A stretch of 64,000 bases of DNA from Elusimicrobia bacterium GWB2_63_16 (GTDB taxonomy: Bacteria > Elusimicrobiota > Elusimicrobia > Elusimicrobiales > UBA9959). The stretch spans positions 10,954-74,953 of the forward strand of contig MGTZ01000028.1 of NCBI GenBank assembly GCA_001799715.1. Reading direction: 5' to 3'. The translations under genes were made by a program, and so were the position numbers. A model generated the notes under the pieces. That model saw nothing but the letters and a program-made list of their open reading frames with translations. It did no database searches and was not told where the DNA came from. This document shows positions 20,497-30,517 of the stretch, one piece after another (the stretch's first letter is position 1; each line of letters begins with the position of its first letter).

Positions 20497-21563
20497 CCGC
20501 CTTACGCCAGCTGCTGGCCGCGCTGCTGCTGGCGGCCCCGGCCGCGGCGGCCGGGCCCGCTGACGGGCGCGCTACGGCCGCCGCCGAGGCCGGACTCCGG
20601 CTGGGCGGGGCCGAGCTGGTGGAGATAGAGGGCTTCACCTCCCCCGACGGGAGCATCCCCTGTTCGGGCAGATCCTTCTCTAATTCCTGGCATTACAAAT
20701 TCTACGCGGGCGGCGAGTGGCTGATCGTCAACGCCTGCGGGGAGAATTTCATCAACGCGGCCAGGCACAACCCCTACCGCAGCCCCGAAGAACCCAGAAA
20801 GAAACTGCCCTACGCTTTCGCCGGGCCCGCCGAAGTGCTGCGAAAAATGGAGAAGGACGGGGTCTTCAAACCGCAGCCGAACCCGCTGAGCCGCGACGTC
20901 CTGATGCGCGTCAGGATGCTGCCGGCGAAGGACGGCCGCCCGGAGGGCTGCTACTGGTTCGCCTCGCAGGGCAAGGCCAAGGCCCTGGCAGACTGCGCCG
21001 GAGAGAAGACCTGGGCGCTGGGCGCCCCGGCCGCGACAGGAAAATTCAAGGCGCAGGACCCGACGGCGCCCAGGCTGAAGCCCAGGAAGGCCAAGAGCAG
21101 GCTGACCGCCGGCAGGTTCATCGCCGACGCGCTCGCCATGGCCCGCGCCAAAAGCCCCGGCGCCTACCTGATGAACATAGAAGGCATAGTGGCCGCCGAC
21201 GGCTCGCTGGACTGCGGCCCCAATATCCCGATGCAGTTCACCTTCGCCCTGCCGGAGATCAACAACTTCGGCCAGACGGGCGCGAGCTGCAGCGGCAGGC
21301 TATCGGCTTTCAGCCTCGGCGATTTCGACCGCGGCAATAATTTCGCCAGCCTGGCCAAGGCCCCCGACCAGTTCAGGGACAGCGACGAGGCCGCGAGCGT
21401 GGTGCCCGGGAAATGCCAGCACAAGCGCGTCGTCATGAAGCTGCGCAACTACAAGCCCGGCAAATCCCCGGTGCCGGGCCACACTTTCCTCTGGGAGCTG
21501 CACTGCGGCTCGCAGCACCATTACATCGACGCGGTCAAAGGCCTGTACCTTGGCAAGGACTAA
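20493..21563 (+). CDS. Secreted hypothetical protein with internal duplication
   Basis: GTG start overlapping the upstream stop. Ala-rich signal peptide. Two similar modules (LVEIEGFTSPDGSIPCSG / LMNIEGIVAADGSLDCG). No family recognised. Confidence 0.6.
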   Translation: MTALRQLLAALLLAAPAAAAGPADGRATAAAEAGLRLGGAELVEIEGFTSPDGSIPCSGRSFSNSWHYKFYAGGEWLIVNACGENFINAARHNPYRSPEEPRKKLPYAFAGPAEVLRKMEKDGVFKPQPNPLSRDVLMRVRMLPAKDGRPEGCYWFASQGKAKALADCAGEKTWALGAPAATGKFKAQDPTAPRLKPRKAKSRLTAGRFIADALAMARAKSPGAYLMNIEGIVAADGSLDCGPNIPMQFTFALPEINNFGQTGASCSGRLSAFSLGDFDRGNNFASLAKAPDQFRDSDEAASVVPGKCQHKRVVMKLRNYKPGKSPVPGHTFLWELHCGSQHHYIDAVKGLYLGKD

Positions 21564-21581
21564 CCGCTGGAGGCTATCTGA

Positions 21582-22343
21582 ATGAAAAAGACCTGTAAAA
21601 TAGCGGCAGCTGCGGCGACGCTCGACGGCGTGTTGGACCTCATCGCCCTGCGCACCGCGCAGCGGCGCTCCACGCTGGCGATCTTCGACCTGGACGGTAC
21701 GCTGTTCGACAACCGCACGCGCACCATGTTCATCCTGCGCGAGATCTCCGAGAAATTCGACAGCCGCGTGCCGCAGCTGGCCGCGGCCTTCTCCTCCTTC
21801 CAGGACCTGTCCGTGGTGGACTACAGCCTGGACGTGACGCTGCGGCGCCTGCGCGTCAGGAACGCGGCCGAGATAAAATTCATCCGGGAAGAATGGGCCC
21901 GCCGCTTCTTCTCCGACGAGTACCAGAAGTACGACATGCCCCTGCCCGGAGCCAAGGCCTACGTGGAAAAAGCTCACAGGGCCGGCGCCACCGTGATCTA
22001 CCTGACCGGCCGCGACGTGGGCCGCATGCTGGTGGGCACCACCGAGGTGCTGCGCCTCTACGGCTTCCCCGTCGGAGTGGCCGGCACGATGACGATAGTG
22101 AAGAAGGAGTTCGAGCAGGACGACGAGATCTTCAAGAAAGAGGTCAGCGAGTACATCGACCGCCTCGGCGAGGTGGTGGCCGTGTTCGAGAACGAGCCGG
22201 CCAACTCCAACATCCTGCAGGCCCGTTTTCCCGGGGCCGCCTCCTTCTTTATAGATACGCAGCACCGCCCCGGCGCGCCCAGGCTCAACGCGGGCATAGC
22301 GCGCGTCAAAGATTTCCGCCCGGCGGGCCGGCGCGCGCGCTGA
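21582..22343 (+). CDS. HAD-superfamily hydrolase
   Basis: Motif I LAIFDLDGTLFDN and LTGR (motif II-like). Confidence 0.7.
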   Translation: MKKTCKIAAAAATLDGVLDLIALRTAQRRSTLAIFDLDGTLFDNRTRTMFILREISEKFDSRVPQLAAAFSSFQDLSVVDYSLDVTLRRLRVRNAAEIKFIREEWARRFFSDEYQKYDMPLPGAKAYVEKAHRAGATVIYLTGRDVGRMLVGTTEVLRLYGFPVGVAGTMTIVKKEFEQDDEIFKKEVSEYIDRLGEVVAVFENEPANSNILQARFPGAASFFIDTQHRPGAPRLNAGIARVKDFRPAGRRAR

Positions 22344-23044
22344 TGGAGCTCCGGGTAATTCTGGTACGGCCCAGGAACCCCGACAATATCGGGGCTGCGG
22401 CCCGGGCGATGGCCAACTTCGGACTGAAGGACCTCGCGCTCGTCGGCGCTTTCGCCTCCGACCGGGGGGAAGCCGAAAAGACCTGGAAGGCCGAGGCGTC
22501 CGTCTCCGCCATAAAGGCCATGGACGTGATAGAATCCTCCCGGCTGCACGCCTCCATCCCCGAGGCCGCGGCGGGCTGCGACCTGCTGCTGGGCACCTCT
22601 TCCCTGCATTACCTCAACCCCGAGCGCGACGTGCTGCTGCTCAGGGACGCCGCGCGATACTGCGGAGAGCGAGGTGCGGCCAGGCTGGGCCTGCTGTTCG
22701 GCGGGGAAAAGACGGGCCTGACCCGCGAAGACCTTTCCTACTGCTCGGCCGTGGTCAACATTCCCACGCTGCCGTCCCAGCCGTCCATGAACCTGGGCCA
22801 GGCGGTGGCGGTGGCCTGCTACGAGCTGGCCGGCCGCGGCCGTGCCGAACCCCGCGCCGGACGCAAGCCGGCGCCGCCCGAGGAGATAGCCCGAGCGGCG
22901 GAACTGATAGCGGCGCGGCTGGCCGCCGGCGGGCAGGGGCACTGGACCGGCAGGGCCCAGCTGCGCGAGCTCAGGCAGGGCCTGCTGGACGCGCGCCTGA
23001 CCAAGGGCGCGATGACGGCGCTCAGACTGCTGCTAAAGACGTAA
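22343..23044 (+). CDS. SpoU/TrmH-family RNA 2'-O-methyltransferase (TrmJ-like)
   Basis: Track ORF trimmed to MELRVILVRPRNPDNIGAAARAMANFG at 22343. LLFGGEKTGL and SMNLGQAVAV motifs. Confidence 0.85.
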   Translation: MELRVILVRPRNPDNIGAAARAMANFGLKDLALVGAFASDRGEAEKTWKAEASVSAIKAMDVIESSRLHASIPEAAAGCDLLLGTSSLHYLNPERDVLLLRDAARYCGERGAARLGLLFGGEKTGLTREDLSYCSAVVNIPTLPSQPSMNLGQAVAVACYELAGRGRAEPRAGRKPAPPEEIARAAELIAARLAAGGQGHWTGRAQLRELRQGLLDARLTKGAMTALRLLLKT

Positions 23045-23110
23045 ATTTATATAATAGCCTAAGTTCCGCGGGCGGCGCGGGACGGGCGGGTTCCAGAATC
23101 AGGACTATTT

Positions 23111-23119
23111 TGGTAGAAT
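23111..23119 (+). promoter_or_regulatory. Extended -10 element (TGgTAGAAT) 7 nt upstream of the nuoA ATG
   Basis: tggtagaat at 23111-23119, then ttaaaca, then ATG at 23127. No SD. Confidence 0.4.
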
Positions 23120-23126
23120 TTAAACA

Positions 23127-23480
23127 ATGCGCCAGTACCTCGCCGTATTGATGACAGTCGGGTTCGCGTTCGCGGTAGCCGCGGGCATGGTGCTGCTTTC
23201 CGTCCTGTTCGGGCCCAGCAAGCGCACCGCGGTCAAGCAGGAGCCGTTCGAATGCGGCATGCCGCCGGCCACCGAGCCCAGGGGGCTCGCGCGCGTCAAT
23301 TTCTACCTGGTCGCCGTCCTGTTCGTCATGTTCGATATAGAGATAGTCTTCCTGTACCCCTGGGCGGTATCCCTGAAGGAGCTGGGGGCGGGGGCCTTCT
23401 GGGCCATGACCGCCTTCCTGGCGGTGCTGTTCGCCGCGCTGGTCTACGCCGTTAAGAAAGGAGCCCTCGAATGGGATTAG
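23127..23480 (+). CDS. nuoA: NADH-quinone oxidoreductase subunit A
   Basis: 117 aa, 3 TM, QEPFECG motif. First gene of the nuo cluster. Confidence 0.9.
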   Translation: MRQYLAVLMTVGFAFAVAAGMVLLSVLFGPSKRTAVKQEPFECGMPPATEPRGLARVNFYLVAVLFVMFDIEIVFLYPWAVSLKELGAGAFWAMTAFLAVLFAALVYAVKKGALEWD

Positions 23481-23956
23481 AGACCGCCTTCGGCCACTCC
23501 TACCTGACGACCCGCCTCGACGAGGCCGTCAACTGGGCGCGCAAATATTCGCTGTTCAACTACCCCTTCGTCACCGCCTGCTGCGGCATGGAGTTCATGT
23601 CCGCTTTCGCCTCCACCTACGACATCTCGCGCTTCGGCGCCGAGTACCCGCGCTTCTCGCCGCGCCAGGCGGACGTGCTGTTCGTGGTGGGGACCGTCAA
23701 CGAGAAGCTGGCCCCGGTACTGAAGCGCGTCTACGACCAGATGTGCGAACCCAAGTGGGTGGTCTCGTTCGGCGTCTGCGCCACCTCCGGCGGCTTCTAC
23801 GACAACTACGCCACCGTGCAGGGCATAGACAAGATCATCCCCGTGGACATCTACATCCCCGGCTGCCCGCCGCGCCCCGAGGCAGTGCTCGACGCCCTGG
23901 TGAAGCTGCAGCAGAAGGTTTCGCGCGAATCCGTACTGGACAAGAAATACAAATGA
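23471..23956 (+). CDS. nuoB: NADH-quinone oxidoreductase subunit B
   Basis: CCGMEFM and PGCPPRPE (N2 cluster ligands). Confidence 0.95.
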   Translation: MGLETAFGHSYLTTRLDEAVNWARKYSLFNYPFVTACCGMEFMSAFASTYDISRFGAEYPRFSPRQADVLFVVGTVNEKLAPVLKRVYDQMCEPKWVVSFGVCATSGGFYDNYATVQGIDKIIPVDIYIPGCPPRPEAVLDALVKLQQKVSRESVLDKKYK

Positions 23957-24426
23957 CCAGCTATCTGATAGAAAACGTGAGGTCAAAATTCCCGGACGCC
24001 GTGCTGGAGGCTCACTCTTTCCGCGGCGACGAGACCGTGGTGGTGAAGAAGGAGGCCCTGGCGGACGTCGCGGCCTTCCTGCGCGACAGCCTCGGCTTCG
24101 ACATGCTGATGGACCTGACCGCCGCCGACTACCTGCCGCGCGAGCCCCGCTTCGAGCTGGTCTGCCATTTTTATTCCACCAGGCACAATTACCGCCTGCG
24201 CCTGAAATGCCCGGTCGGGGGGGAACAGCCCTCCGCGGCCTCGCTGACGCCCCTCTGGCCAGGCGCCAACTGGTTCGAGCGCGAGGTGTGGGACATGTAC
24301 GGCATCAGGTTCGAAGGCCACCCCGACCTGCGCCGCGTACTGATGTACGACGGCTTCGAAGGCCACCCGCTGCGCAAGGACTACCCGCTCAAGAAACGGC
24401 AGCCGCGCATAGCGCACAGGGACTAG
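23953..24426 (+). CDS. nuoC: NADH-quinone oxidoreductase subunit C
   Basis: Trimmed to MTSYLIENV at 23953 (ATGA overlap). EREVWDMYGIRFEGHPDLRR motif. Confidence 0.9.
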   Translation: MTSYLIENVRSKFPDAVLEAHSFRGDETVVVKKEALADVAAFLRDSLGFDMLMDLTAADYLPREPRFELVCHFYSTRHNYRLRLKCPVGGEQPSAASLTPLWPGANWFEREVWDMYGIRFEGHPDLRRVLMYDGFEGHPLRKDYPLKKRQPRIAHRD

Positions 24427-24427
24427 C

Positions 24428-25648
24428 ATGACGGACCGCAAGCACCACGAACTGCCCAAGAACTGGGAACTGGAAAAGCTCGAGGACGGGCGCATGGTGC
24501 TCAACATGGGCCCGTCGCACCCGGCGATGCACGGCATCGTGCGCGTGCTGCTGACCGTGCAGGGCGAGCGCATCACGGACTCCGACGTGGAGATAGGCTA
24601 CCTGCACCGCGGCTTCGAGAAGACCTGCGAGAACGTCACGTACAACCAGTGCGTGCCCTACACCGACCGCCTCAACTACGTCTCGCCCTTCATCAACAAC
24701 GTCGGCTTCGCGCTGGCGGTGGAAAAGCTGATGGGCATAGAGACCCCGGCCCGCTGCCAGTACATCCGCGTCATCATGAGCGAGCTCTCCCGGCTGACCG
24801 ACCACCTGACCTGCATCGGCGCCAACGCGATGGAGCTCTCGGCCTTCACCGTCTACTTCTACCTCATCAACGCCCGCGAGGCGCTGTACCGCCTGACCGA
24901 CTCCGTGGCCGGCGGCCGGATCACCCCGGCCTATACCCGCGTGGGCGGCGTCACCCGCGACCTGCCCCACGATTTCAAGGCCTCCACGGCCGAGGTGTTC
25001 AGGACCGTGCGCAAGAACCTCGCCGACGCCGAGAGCATGCTCACCCGCAACCGCATCTTCTACGACCGGCTGCACAATACCGGCGTCATCGGCAAGGAGG
25101 AGGCCATAGCGCTCTCCTTCACCGGGCCCGTGCTGCGCTCCACCGGCGTGCCGCTGGACGTCAGGAAGGCGACGCCCTACCTGGTCTACGACCGCTTCGA
25201 TTTCGACATCCCCGTGGGCTCCAACGGCGACAACTACGACCGCTACCTGGTGCGCATCGAGGAGATGAAACAGAGCATGCGCATCGTGGAGCAGGCCCTG
25301 GCCCAGCTGCCCGGCGGCCCGGTGAACCACCCCGACTACGGCGTCACGCTGCCCCCCAAGGAAGAGGTGTACGGCAACATCGAGGCGCTGATGGCCCATT
25401 TCAAGCTGACCTTCGAGGGCGTGAAGCCGCCCAAGGGCGAGGTCTACCAGGCGGTGGAGGGCGGCAACGGCGAGGTGGGTTTCTACATCGTCAGCGACGG
25501 CACCGGCAGCCCGTGGCGGCTGCGCGTGCGCCCGCCCTGCTTCCCGCTGACCGCGGGCCTGTCGCGCATGATCAAGGGCGCCTATATCGCCGACATCATC
25601 TCCACCTTCGGACAGGTGAACATGATAGGCGGGGAGCTGGAGCGATAA
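24428..25648 (+). CDS. nuoD: NADH-quinone oxidoreductase subunit D
   Basis: MVLNMGPSHPAMHGIVR and a C-terminal GELER-type end. Confidence 0.95.
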   Translation: MTDRKHHELPKNWELEKLEDGRMVLNMGPSHPAMHGIVRVLLTVQGERITDSDVEIGYLHRGFEKTCENVTYNQCVPYTDRLNYVSPFINNVGFALAVEKLMGIETPARCQYIRVIMSELSRLTDHLTCIGANAMELSAFTVYFYLINAREALYRLTDSVAGGRITPAYTRVGGVTRDLPHDFKASTAEVFRTVRKNLADAESMLTRNRIFYDRLHNTGVIGKEEAIALSFTGPVLRSTGVPLDVRKATPYLVYDRFDFDIPVGSNGDNYDRYLVRIEEMKQSMRIVEQALAQLPGGPVNHPDYGVTLPPKEEVYGNIEALMAHFKLTFEGVKPPKGEVYQAVEGGNGEVGFYIVSDGTGSPWRLRVRPPCFPLTAGLSRMIKGAYIADIISTFGQVNMIGGELER

Positions 25649-26142
25649 TGGCTTTCGTGACCGAAGAATTCAGGGTGAAGGCGGAGAAGATCTGCGCGAA
25701 ATACCCTAAGCGCGACGCCGCGCTGATACCGCTGCTGCAGGAGCTGCAGAAGGAGAGCGGCTACGTGGCCGAGGAGGCCATGGACGAGCTGGCCAGATTC
25801 CTGGACCTGCCCTACTCCCGCGTGAAGGCCGTGGTCACTTTTTACACGATGTTCAACCGCGAGCCCGCCGGCAAATACCACCTGCAGGTCTGCCGCAACA
25901 TCTCCTGCCATATGGCGGGCGCGCCCGGCCTGCTGGCCCGCCTGCGCAGCAAGCTCGGCATAACCGAGGGGGAGACCACCCGGGACGGCCTGTTCACGCT
26001 GTCGGCCGTGGAATGCCTGGGCGCCTGCGGGGCGGCGCCGGTGATGCAGGTCAACGACGAATATTTCGAGAAGCTCGACGAGAGCAAACTGGACGCGCTG
26101 CTGGAAGACTTGAAACATGGAAAATATCCTCTTAAGGGATAA
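25648..26142 (+). CDS. nuoE: NADH-quinone oxidoreductase subunit E
   Basis: Trimmed to MAFVTEEF at 25648. 2Fe-2S ligands CRNISCH...ECLGACG. Confidence 0.9.
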   Translation: MAFVTEEFRVKAEKICAKYPKRDAALIPLLQELQKESGYVAEEAMDELARFLDLPYSRVKAVVTFYTMFNREPAGKYHLQVCRNISCHMAGAPGLLARLRSKLGITEGETTRDGLFTLSAVECLGACGAAPVMQVNDEYFEKLDESKLDALLEDLKHGKYPLKG

Positions 26143-27382
26143 GGTCGCGGAGCTGGAAGGCTATTTCGCCGCCGGGGGCTACAGGGCCCTCAAGAAGGCG
26201 CTGGCCATGACGCCCGCGGCCGTGATCGACGAGGTCAAGAAGTCCGGGCTGCGCGGCCGCGGCGGCGCGGGCTTCCCGGCCGGCCTCAAGTGGTCCTTCA
26301 TCCCCGGTGACGCGCCCGGCCCGCGCTACCTGGTCTGCAACGCCGACGAGGGAGAGCCCGGCACGTTCAAGGACCGCGAGCTGATCCTGAAAAACCCGCA
26401 CGCGCTGCTGGAGGGCATGGCGATAGCCGGCCACGCCATCGGCGCCGCCTCCGGCTACATCTATATACGCGGCGAGTTCGCCGCCGAGGCCGTCAAACTG
26501 GAAAAGGCCATAGCGGCGGCCCGCGCCAAGGGCTTCCTGGGCCGCAACATACTCGGCACCGGCACGGATTTCGAGCTGCACGTGCACCGCGGGGCCGGCG
26601 CCTATATCTGCGGCGAGGAGACGGCGCTGCTGGAATCGCTGGAAGGCTTCAAGGGCCAGCCGCGCCTGAAGCCGCCCTTCCCTGCGGTAAAAGGCCTGTT
26701 CGCCAGCCCCACGGTGATCAACAATGTGGAGACGCTGGCCGCCGTGCCCGCTATCATAGAGCGTGGCGGGGACTGGTACGCCGCCATAGGCAACGGCAAG
26801 AGCACGGGCACCAAGCTTTTCTGCGTCAGCGGCCCCGTCAACAAGCCCGGCGTCTACGAGCTGCCGCTGGGCGTCACTTTCAAGGAACTGCTGGAGAAGA
26901 GCTGCGGCGGCCTGCAGGAAGGCAAACGCCTGAAGGCCGTTATCCCCGGCGGCTCCTCCACCCCGGTACTGACGGCCGAAGAGGCCTGGCTGGTGAAGCT
27001 GGACTATGAGTCGCTGGCGGCGGCCGGTTCCATGCTGGGCTCGGGCGCGGTGATCGTCATCGACCACGGCCAGTGCATGGTGAAGCTGCTGCAAGTGCTG
27101 GCCCGCTTCTACCACCACGAGAGCTGCGGCCAGTGCACGCCGTGCCGCGAAGGCTGCGGCTGGCTGGAGAAGCTCCTGAACCGCCTTGAGAGCGGCCGCG
27201 GCACCAAGAAGGACATAGACACCATAGTGTCCGTGGCCGAGGCCATGATGGGCCGCACGATCTGCCCGCTGGCCGACGCGATGGCGATGCCCGCGATAAG
27301 CTTTGTGAAAAAATTCCGCTCCGAGTTCGAGGCGCACGCGGCCGGCCGGTGCTGCCCGCCGGACGCGCCGGTGAAACACTGA
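26117..27382 (+). CDS. nuoF: NADH-quinone oxidoreductase subunit F
   Basis: [13 protein letters not shown] (FMN/NADH site) and [12 protein letters not shown] (N3 cluster). Confidence 0.95.
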   Translation: MENILLRDKVAELEGYFAAGGYRALKKALAMTPAAVIDEVKKSGLRGRGGAGFPAGLKWSFIPGDAPGPRYLVCNADEGEPGTFKDRELILKNPHALLEGMAIAGHAIGAASGYIYIRGEFAAEAVKLEKAIAAARAKGFLGRNILGTGTDFELHVHRGAGAYICGEETALLESLEGFKGQPRLKPPFPAVKGLFASPTVINNVETLAAVPAIIERGGDWYAAIGNGKSTGTKLFCVSGPVNKPGVYELPLGVTFKELLEKSCGGLQEGKRLKAVIPGGSSTPVLTAEEAWLVKLDYESLAAAGSMLGSGAVIVIDHGQCMVKLLQVLARFYHHESCGQCTPCREGCGWLEKLLNRLESGRGTKKDIDTIVSVAEAMMGRTICPLADAMAMPAISFVKKFRSEFEAHAAGRCCPPDAPVKH

Positions 27383-28848
27383 TGCCCAAGATCACGCTGG
27401 ACGGTAAAATTTTAGAAGTGGACAAGGGGACCACGGTGCTGGAGGCCGCGCAGGCCGCCGGCGTCTACATCCCGCGCTACTGCTACCACCCGAAGCTTTC
27501 CGTCTCCGGCAACTGCCGCATGTGCCTCGTGGAGGTGGAAAAGTCGCCCAAGCTGCTGACCGCCTGCTCCACCGAGTGCGCCGACGGCATGGTGGTGAAC
27601 ACCGCCAGCGACAAGGTGAAGGCGGCCCGCCGCGACGTGCTGGAATTCCTGCTCATCAACCATCCGCTCGACTGTCCCATCTGCGACCAGGCCGGCGAAT
27701 GCGGTCTGCAGGACTACTACATGGAGTACAGCCGGGCCAGGAGCCGCTTCCCGGCCGAGGACAAGGTGCTCCGCCAGAAGCGCCGGGCGCTGGGCCCGCA
27801 TCTGATGCTCGACAACGAGCGCTGCATCCTGTGCACCCGCTGCGTGCGCTTCTGCTCCGAGGTCACGAAGACCGCCGAGCTGGAAGTGATGGAGCGCGCC
27901 GATCATTCCTTCATAGACCTCAAGGCCGGCAAAACCCTCGACAACGACTATTCGCTCAATATCGCCGACCTCTGCCCGGTGGGAGCCTGGACCTCCCGAG
28001 ACTTCCGCTTTAAACAGCGGGTCTGGTTCCTCAAGAAAGCCCCGACCGTCTGCCTGGGCTGCGCCACCGGCTGCCTGACCGAGGCGCACCATAACGAGGG
28101 GGAAGTTTACCGTCTGATGCCCCGGCCCAACGCCGAGACCAACACCTGGCTCTGCGACCGGGGCCGCATGGCCTACAAGTCCCTGCGCGCCGGCGACCGT
28201 CTGGTGAAGGGCTTCATCAAGAACGGCCTGATAGACCTGGAGCCCGCCCTGCGCGAGGCCGCCACCCGCATAGACGAGGCCAAGGGGGCCGCCGCCGTGC
28301 TGGGCTCGCCCTGGCTGTCCGTGGAGGACAACGCCGCGCTGGCCCTGCTGGCCGCCGCGATGAAGACGGAGAACGTCTGCTTCGATTTCAAGTTCGAGAC
28401 CGGCATCAAGGACGGCATCCTGATAAACAAGGACCCGTCGCCCAACGCCGCCGGCGCCGCCCTGCTGAAAGCCGCCAGGGGGGGGCTGGGGCTCGACGAG
28501 TTCCGGGCCAGGCTCAACTCCGGCGCGATAAAGCTGGTAATAGCCGAGGCCCGCGCGGCCGCCCTGCTCAAGGACGAGCTCAAGGCCTCCGGCGCCAGGC
28601 TGATCGCCTTCGCCACCAACCGCGGCGACATCCCGGCCGGGGCCTACGCCACGCTGCCTTACGCCTCCTATTTCGAAGTCCCTGGCACTTTCATCAACTA
28701 CCAGGGCCGGCGGCGCGCCGTGGAACCGGTAGTGGCCGCCCCCGCGGGCGTGAAGCCGCTCTGGGAAGTGCTCAACAAGCTCGCGGCCTACAGCGGCGCC
28801 TCGCTGCGGCTGGATTCCGCCGCCGACGCGATGAAAGGCATGGAATGA
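27382..28848 (+). CDS. nuoG: NADH-quinone oxidoreductase subunit G (short form, 488 aa)
   Basis: Trimmed to MPKITLDGK at 27382. 2Fe-2S Cys pattern, HPLDCPICDQAGEC, CILCTRCVRFC. Confidence 0.85.
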   Translation: MPKITLDGKILEVDKGTTVLEAAQAAGVYIPRYCYHPKLSVSGNCRMCLVEVEKSPKLLTACSTECADGMVVNTASDKVKAARRDVLEFLLINHPLDCPICDQAGECGLQDYYMEYSRARSRFPAEDKVLRQKRRALGPHLMLDNERCILCTRCVRFCSEVTKTAELEVMERADHSFIDLKAGKTLDNDYSLNIADLCPVGAWTSRDFRFKQRVWFLKKAPTVCLGCATGCLTEAHHNEGEVYRLMPRPNAETNTWLCDRGRMAYKSLRAGDRLVKGFIKNGLIDLEPALREAATRIDEAKGAAAVLGSPWLSVEDNAALALLAAAMKTENVCFDFKFETGIKDGILINKDPSPNAAGAALLKAARGGLGLDEFRARLNSGAIKLVIAEARAAALLKDELKASGARLIAFATNRGDIPAGAYATLPYASYFEVPGTFINYQGRRRAVEPVVAAPAGVKPLWEVLNKLAAYSGASLRLDSAADAMKGME

Positions 28849-29966
28849 TAGAGTTCTACGAAGCCAACAAGGATATACTCCTGTTCTCCGGAGCGGCCGC
28901 CGTGAAGGTGCTGCTCTTCCTGGGCGGCGTGATGAGCTTCACCGCGCTGCTGACGCTGGCCGAGCGCAAGGTGAGCGCGCTGATGCAGGACCGCGTCGGG
29001 CCCAACCGCGCCTCGGTCTTCGGCCTGGCGCTCAACGGCCTCTTCCACCCTATAGCCGACGCCATAAAGATGATCCTGAAGGAGGACTTCGTGCCGGGCA
29101 AGGCCGAGAAGCTGCTCTTCACGCTGGCCCCCTTCTTCGCCCTCGTGCCGGTGCTGGCGCTGTTCGCCTTCATCCCTTTCGGCGACTACGTGATGGTCTT
29201 CGGCTACCAGCTGGAGTTGCAGATAGCCGAGGTGCCGCTGGCGCTGTTCTACGTGCTGGCCCTCTCGGGCCTGGCCATCTACGGCGTGTTCCTCGGCGGC
29301 TGGGCCTCCAAGAACAATTTCGCCCTGCTGGGCGCCCTGCGCGGCGCCGCCCAGATGGTCTCCTACGAGGTGGTGCTGGGCCTCACGCTCGTCGGTCTGA
29401 TGATGATCTACGGCACCGCAGGCCTGCAGGACCTGGTGCGCGCCCAGGGCGCGCTGCTGTTCGGCTTCGTGCCCGCCTGGGGCGTGGTGGTGCAGCCCGT
29501 AGCCTTCATCCTCTTCCTCATAGCGGCCATCGCCGAGAACAAGCGCACCCCTTTCGACCTGGTGGAAGGCGAGTCGGAGATCATAGGCTACTTCATGGAG
29601 TACAGTTCCATGCGCTTCGCGGCCTTCATGTTCTCCGAGTTCGTAGAGATCATCCTGGTGGCCATGCTGGCGGCCACGCTCTTCTTCGGCGGCTGGCAGG
29701 TGCCCTATCTCTACGACACCGGCTTCATCCTGCCGGGCGGCAAGGCCCTCGCGCTGAACCATTATATAGTCGCCGCGCTCCAGGTGGGCTCCTTCTCCGT
29801 TAAAACCGTCTTTTTCTCCTGGTTCCTGCTCGTAGTGCGCTGGACGCTGCCGCGCTTCCGCTTCGACCAGCTGATGGGGCTGTGCTGGAAGGCGCTGCTG
29901 CCGCTGGCGCTGCTCAATATCCTGGTCACCGGCGCGGTGCTGCTGGCCCTGGGGAAGATCCGATGA
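28845..29966 (+). CDS. nuoH: NADH-quinone oxidoreductase subunit H
   Basis: Polytopic membrane protein with AENKRTPFDLVEGESE. Confidence 0.95.
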   Translation: MIEFYEANKDILLFSGAAAVKVLLFLGGVMSFTALLTLAERKVSALMQDRVGPNRASVFGLALNGLFHPIADAIKMILKEDFVPGKAEKLLFTLAPFFALVPVLALFAFIPFGDYVMVFGYQLELQIAEVPLALFYVLALSGLAIYGVFLGGWASKNNFALLGALRGAAQMVSYEVVLGLTLVGLMMIYGTAGLQDLVRAQGALLFGFVPAWGVVVQPVAFILFLIAAIAENKRTPFDLVEGESEIIGYFMEYSSMRFAAFMFSEFVEIILVAMLAATLFFGGWQVPYLYDTGFILPGGKALALNHYIVAALQVGSFSVKTVFFSWFLLVVRWTLPRFRFDQLMGLCWKALLPLALLNILVTGAVLLALGKIR

Positions 29967-30517
29967 TAAGCGTAAAGAAAGTGAACAACCGCCCGTTGAA
30001 CTTCCTCGAGCGGATCTACCTCCCGGAGATAGCCCGCGGCCTGGCCGTCACCATGCGGCATTTCTTCGTCAACCTCTTCAACCCAGGTGGCATGCCCACG
30101 GTGCAGTACCCCGAGCAGACCCGCCCGCTGCCCGGCAACGCCAACCTGCGCACCCGCCACCGCCTCAAGGTGCGCGCCGACGGCAGCCCGAAGTGCGTGG
30201 CCTGCTTCATGTGCCAGACCGCCTGCCCGGCCTACTGCATCCATATCGAGGCCGCCGAGTACGCCGAGAATTCCGTGGAGAAGTATCCCGCCGTCTTCGA
30301 CATAGACCTGTCGCGGTGCGTGATGTGCGGTATGTGCGTGGAGGCCTGCCCCGAGGACGCGATAGCGATGGACACCCGCGAGATCCCCGGCGGCGCGCTG
30401 CACCGCGGCGAAATGCTGATGAACAAGGAAGGCCTGCTGCGCAACCTGCCCGGCGAGCCCTCCACGCTGGGCGCGTCCAACCGCCTGGCCAACGAATACC
30501 TGGAGGGCAAGAAATGA
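29963..30517 (+). CDS. nuoI: NADH-quinone oxidoreductase subunit I
   Basis: Trimmed to MISVKKVNN at 29963. Two 4Fe-4S motifs CVACFMCQTACP and CVMCGMCVEACP. Confidence 0.9.
   Translation: MISVKKVNNRPLNFLERIYLPEIARGLAVTMRHFFVNLFNPGGMPTVQYPEQTRPLPGNANLRTRHRLKVRADGSPKCVACFMCQTACPAYCIHIEAAEYAENSVEKYPAVFDIDLSRCVMCGMCVEACPEDAIAMDTREIPGGALHRGEMLMNKEGLLRNLPGEPSTLGASNRLANEYLEGKK

Noticed and set aside
23045-23110. TATATAAT-like box near 23049 as an alternative nuo promoter, and a possible regulatory RNA in the nuoA upstream region.
   Set aside because: It could be real, but I see no conserved structure or -35 there. It is kept only as the alternative that would refute the leaderless nuoA idea.
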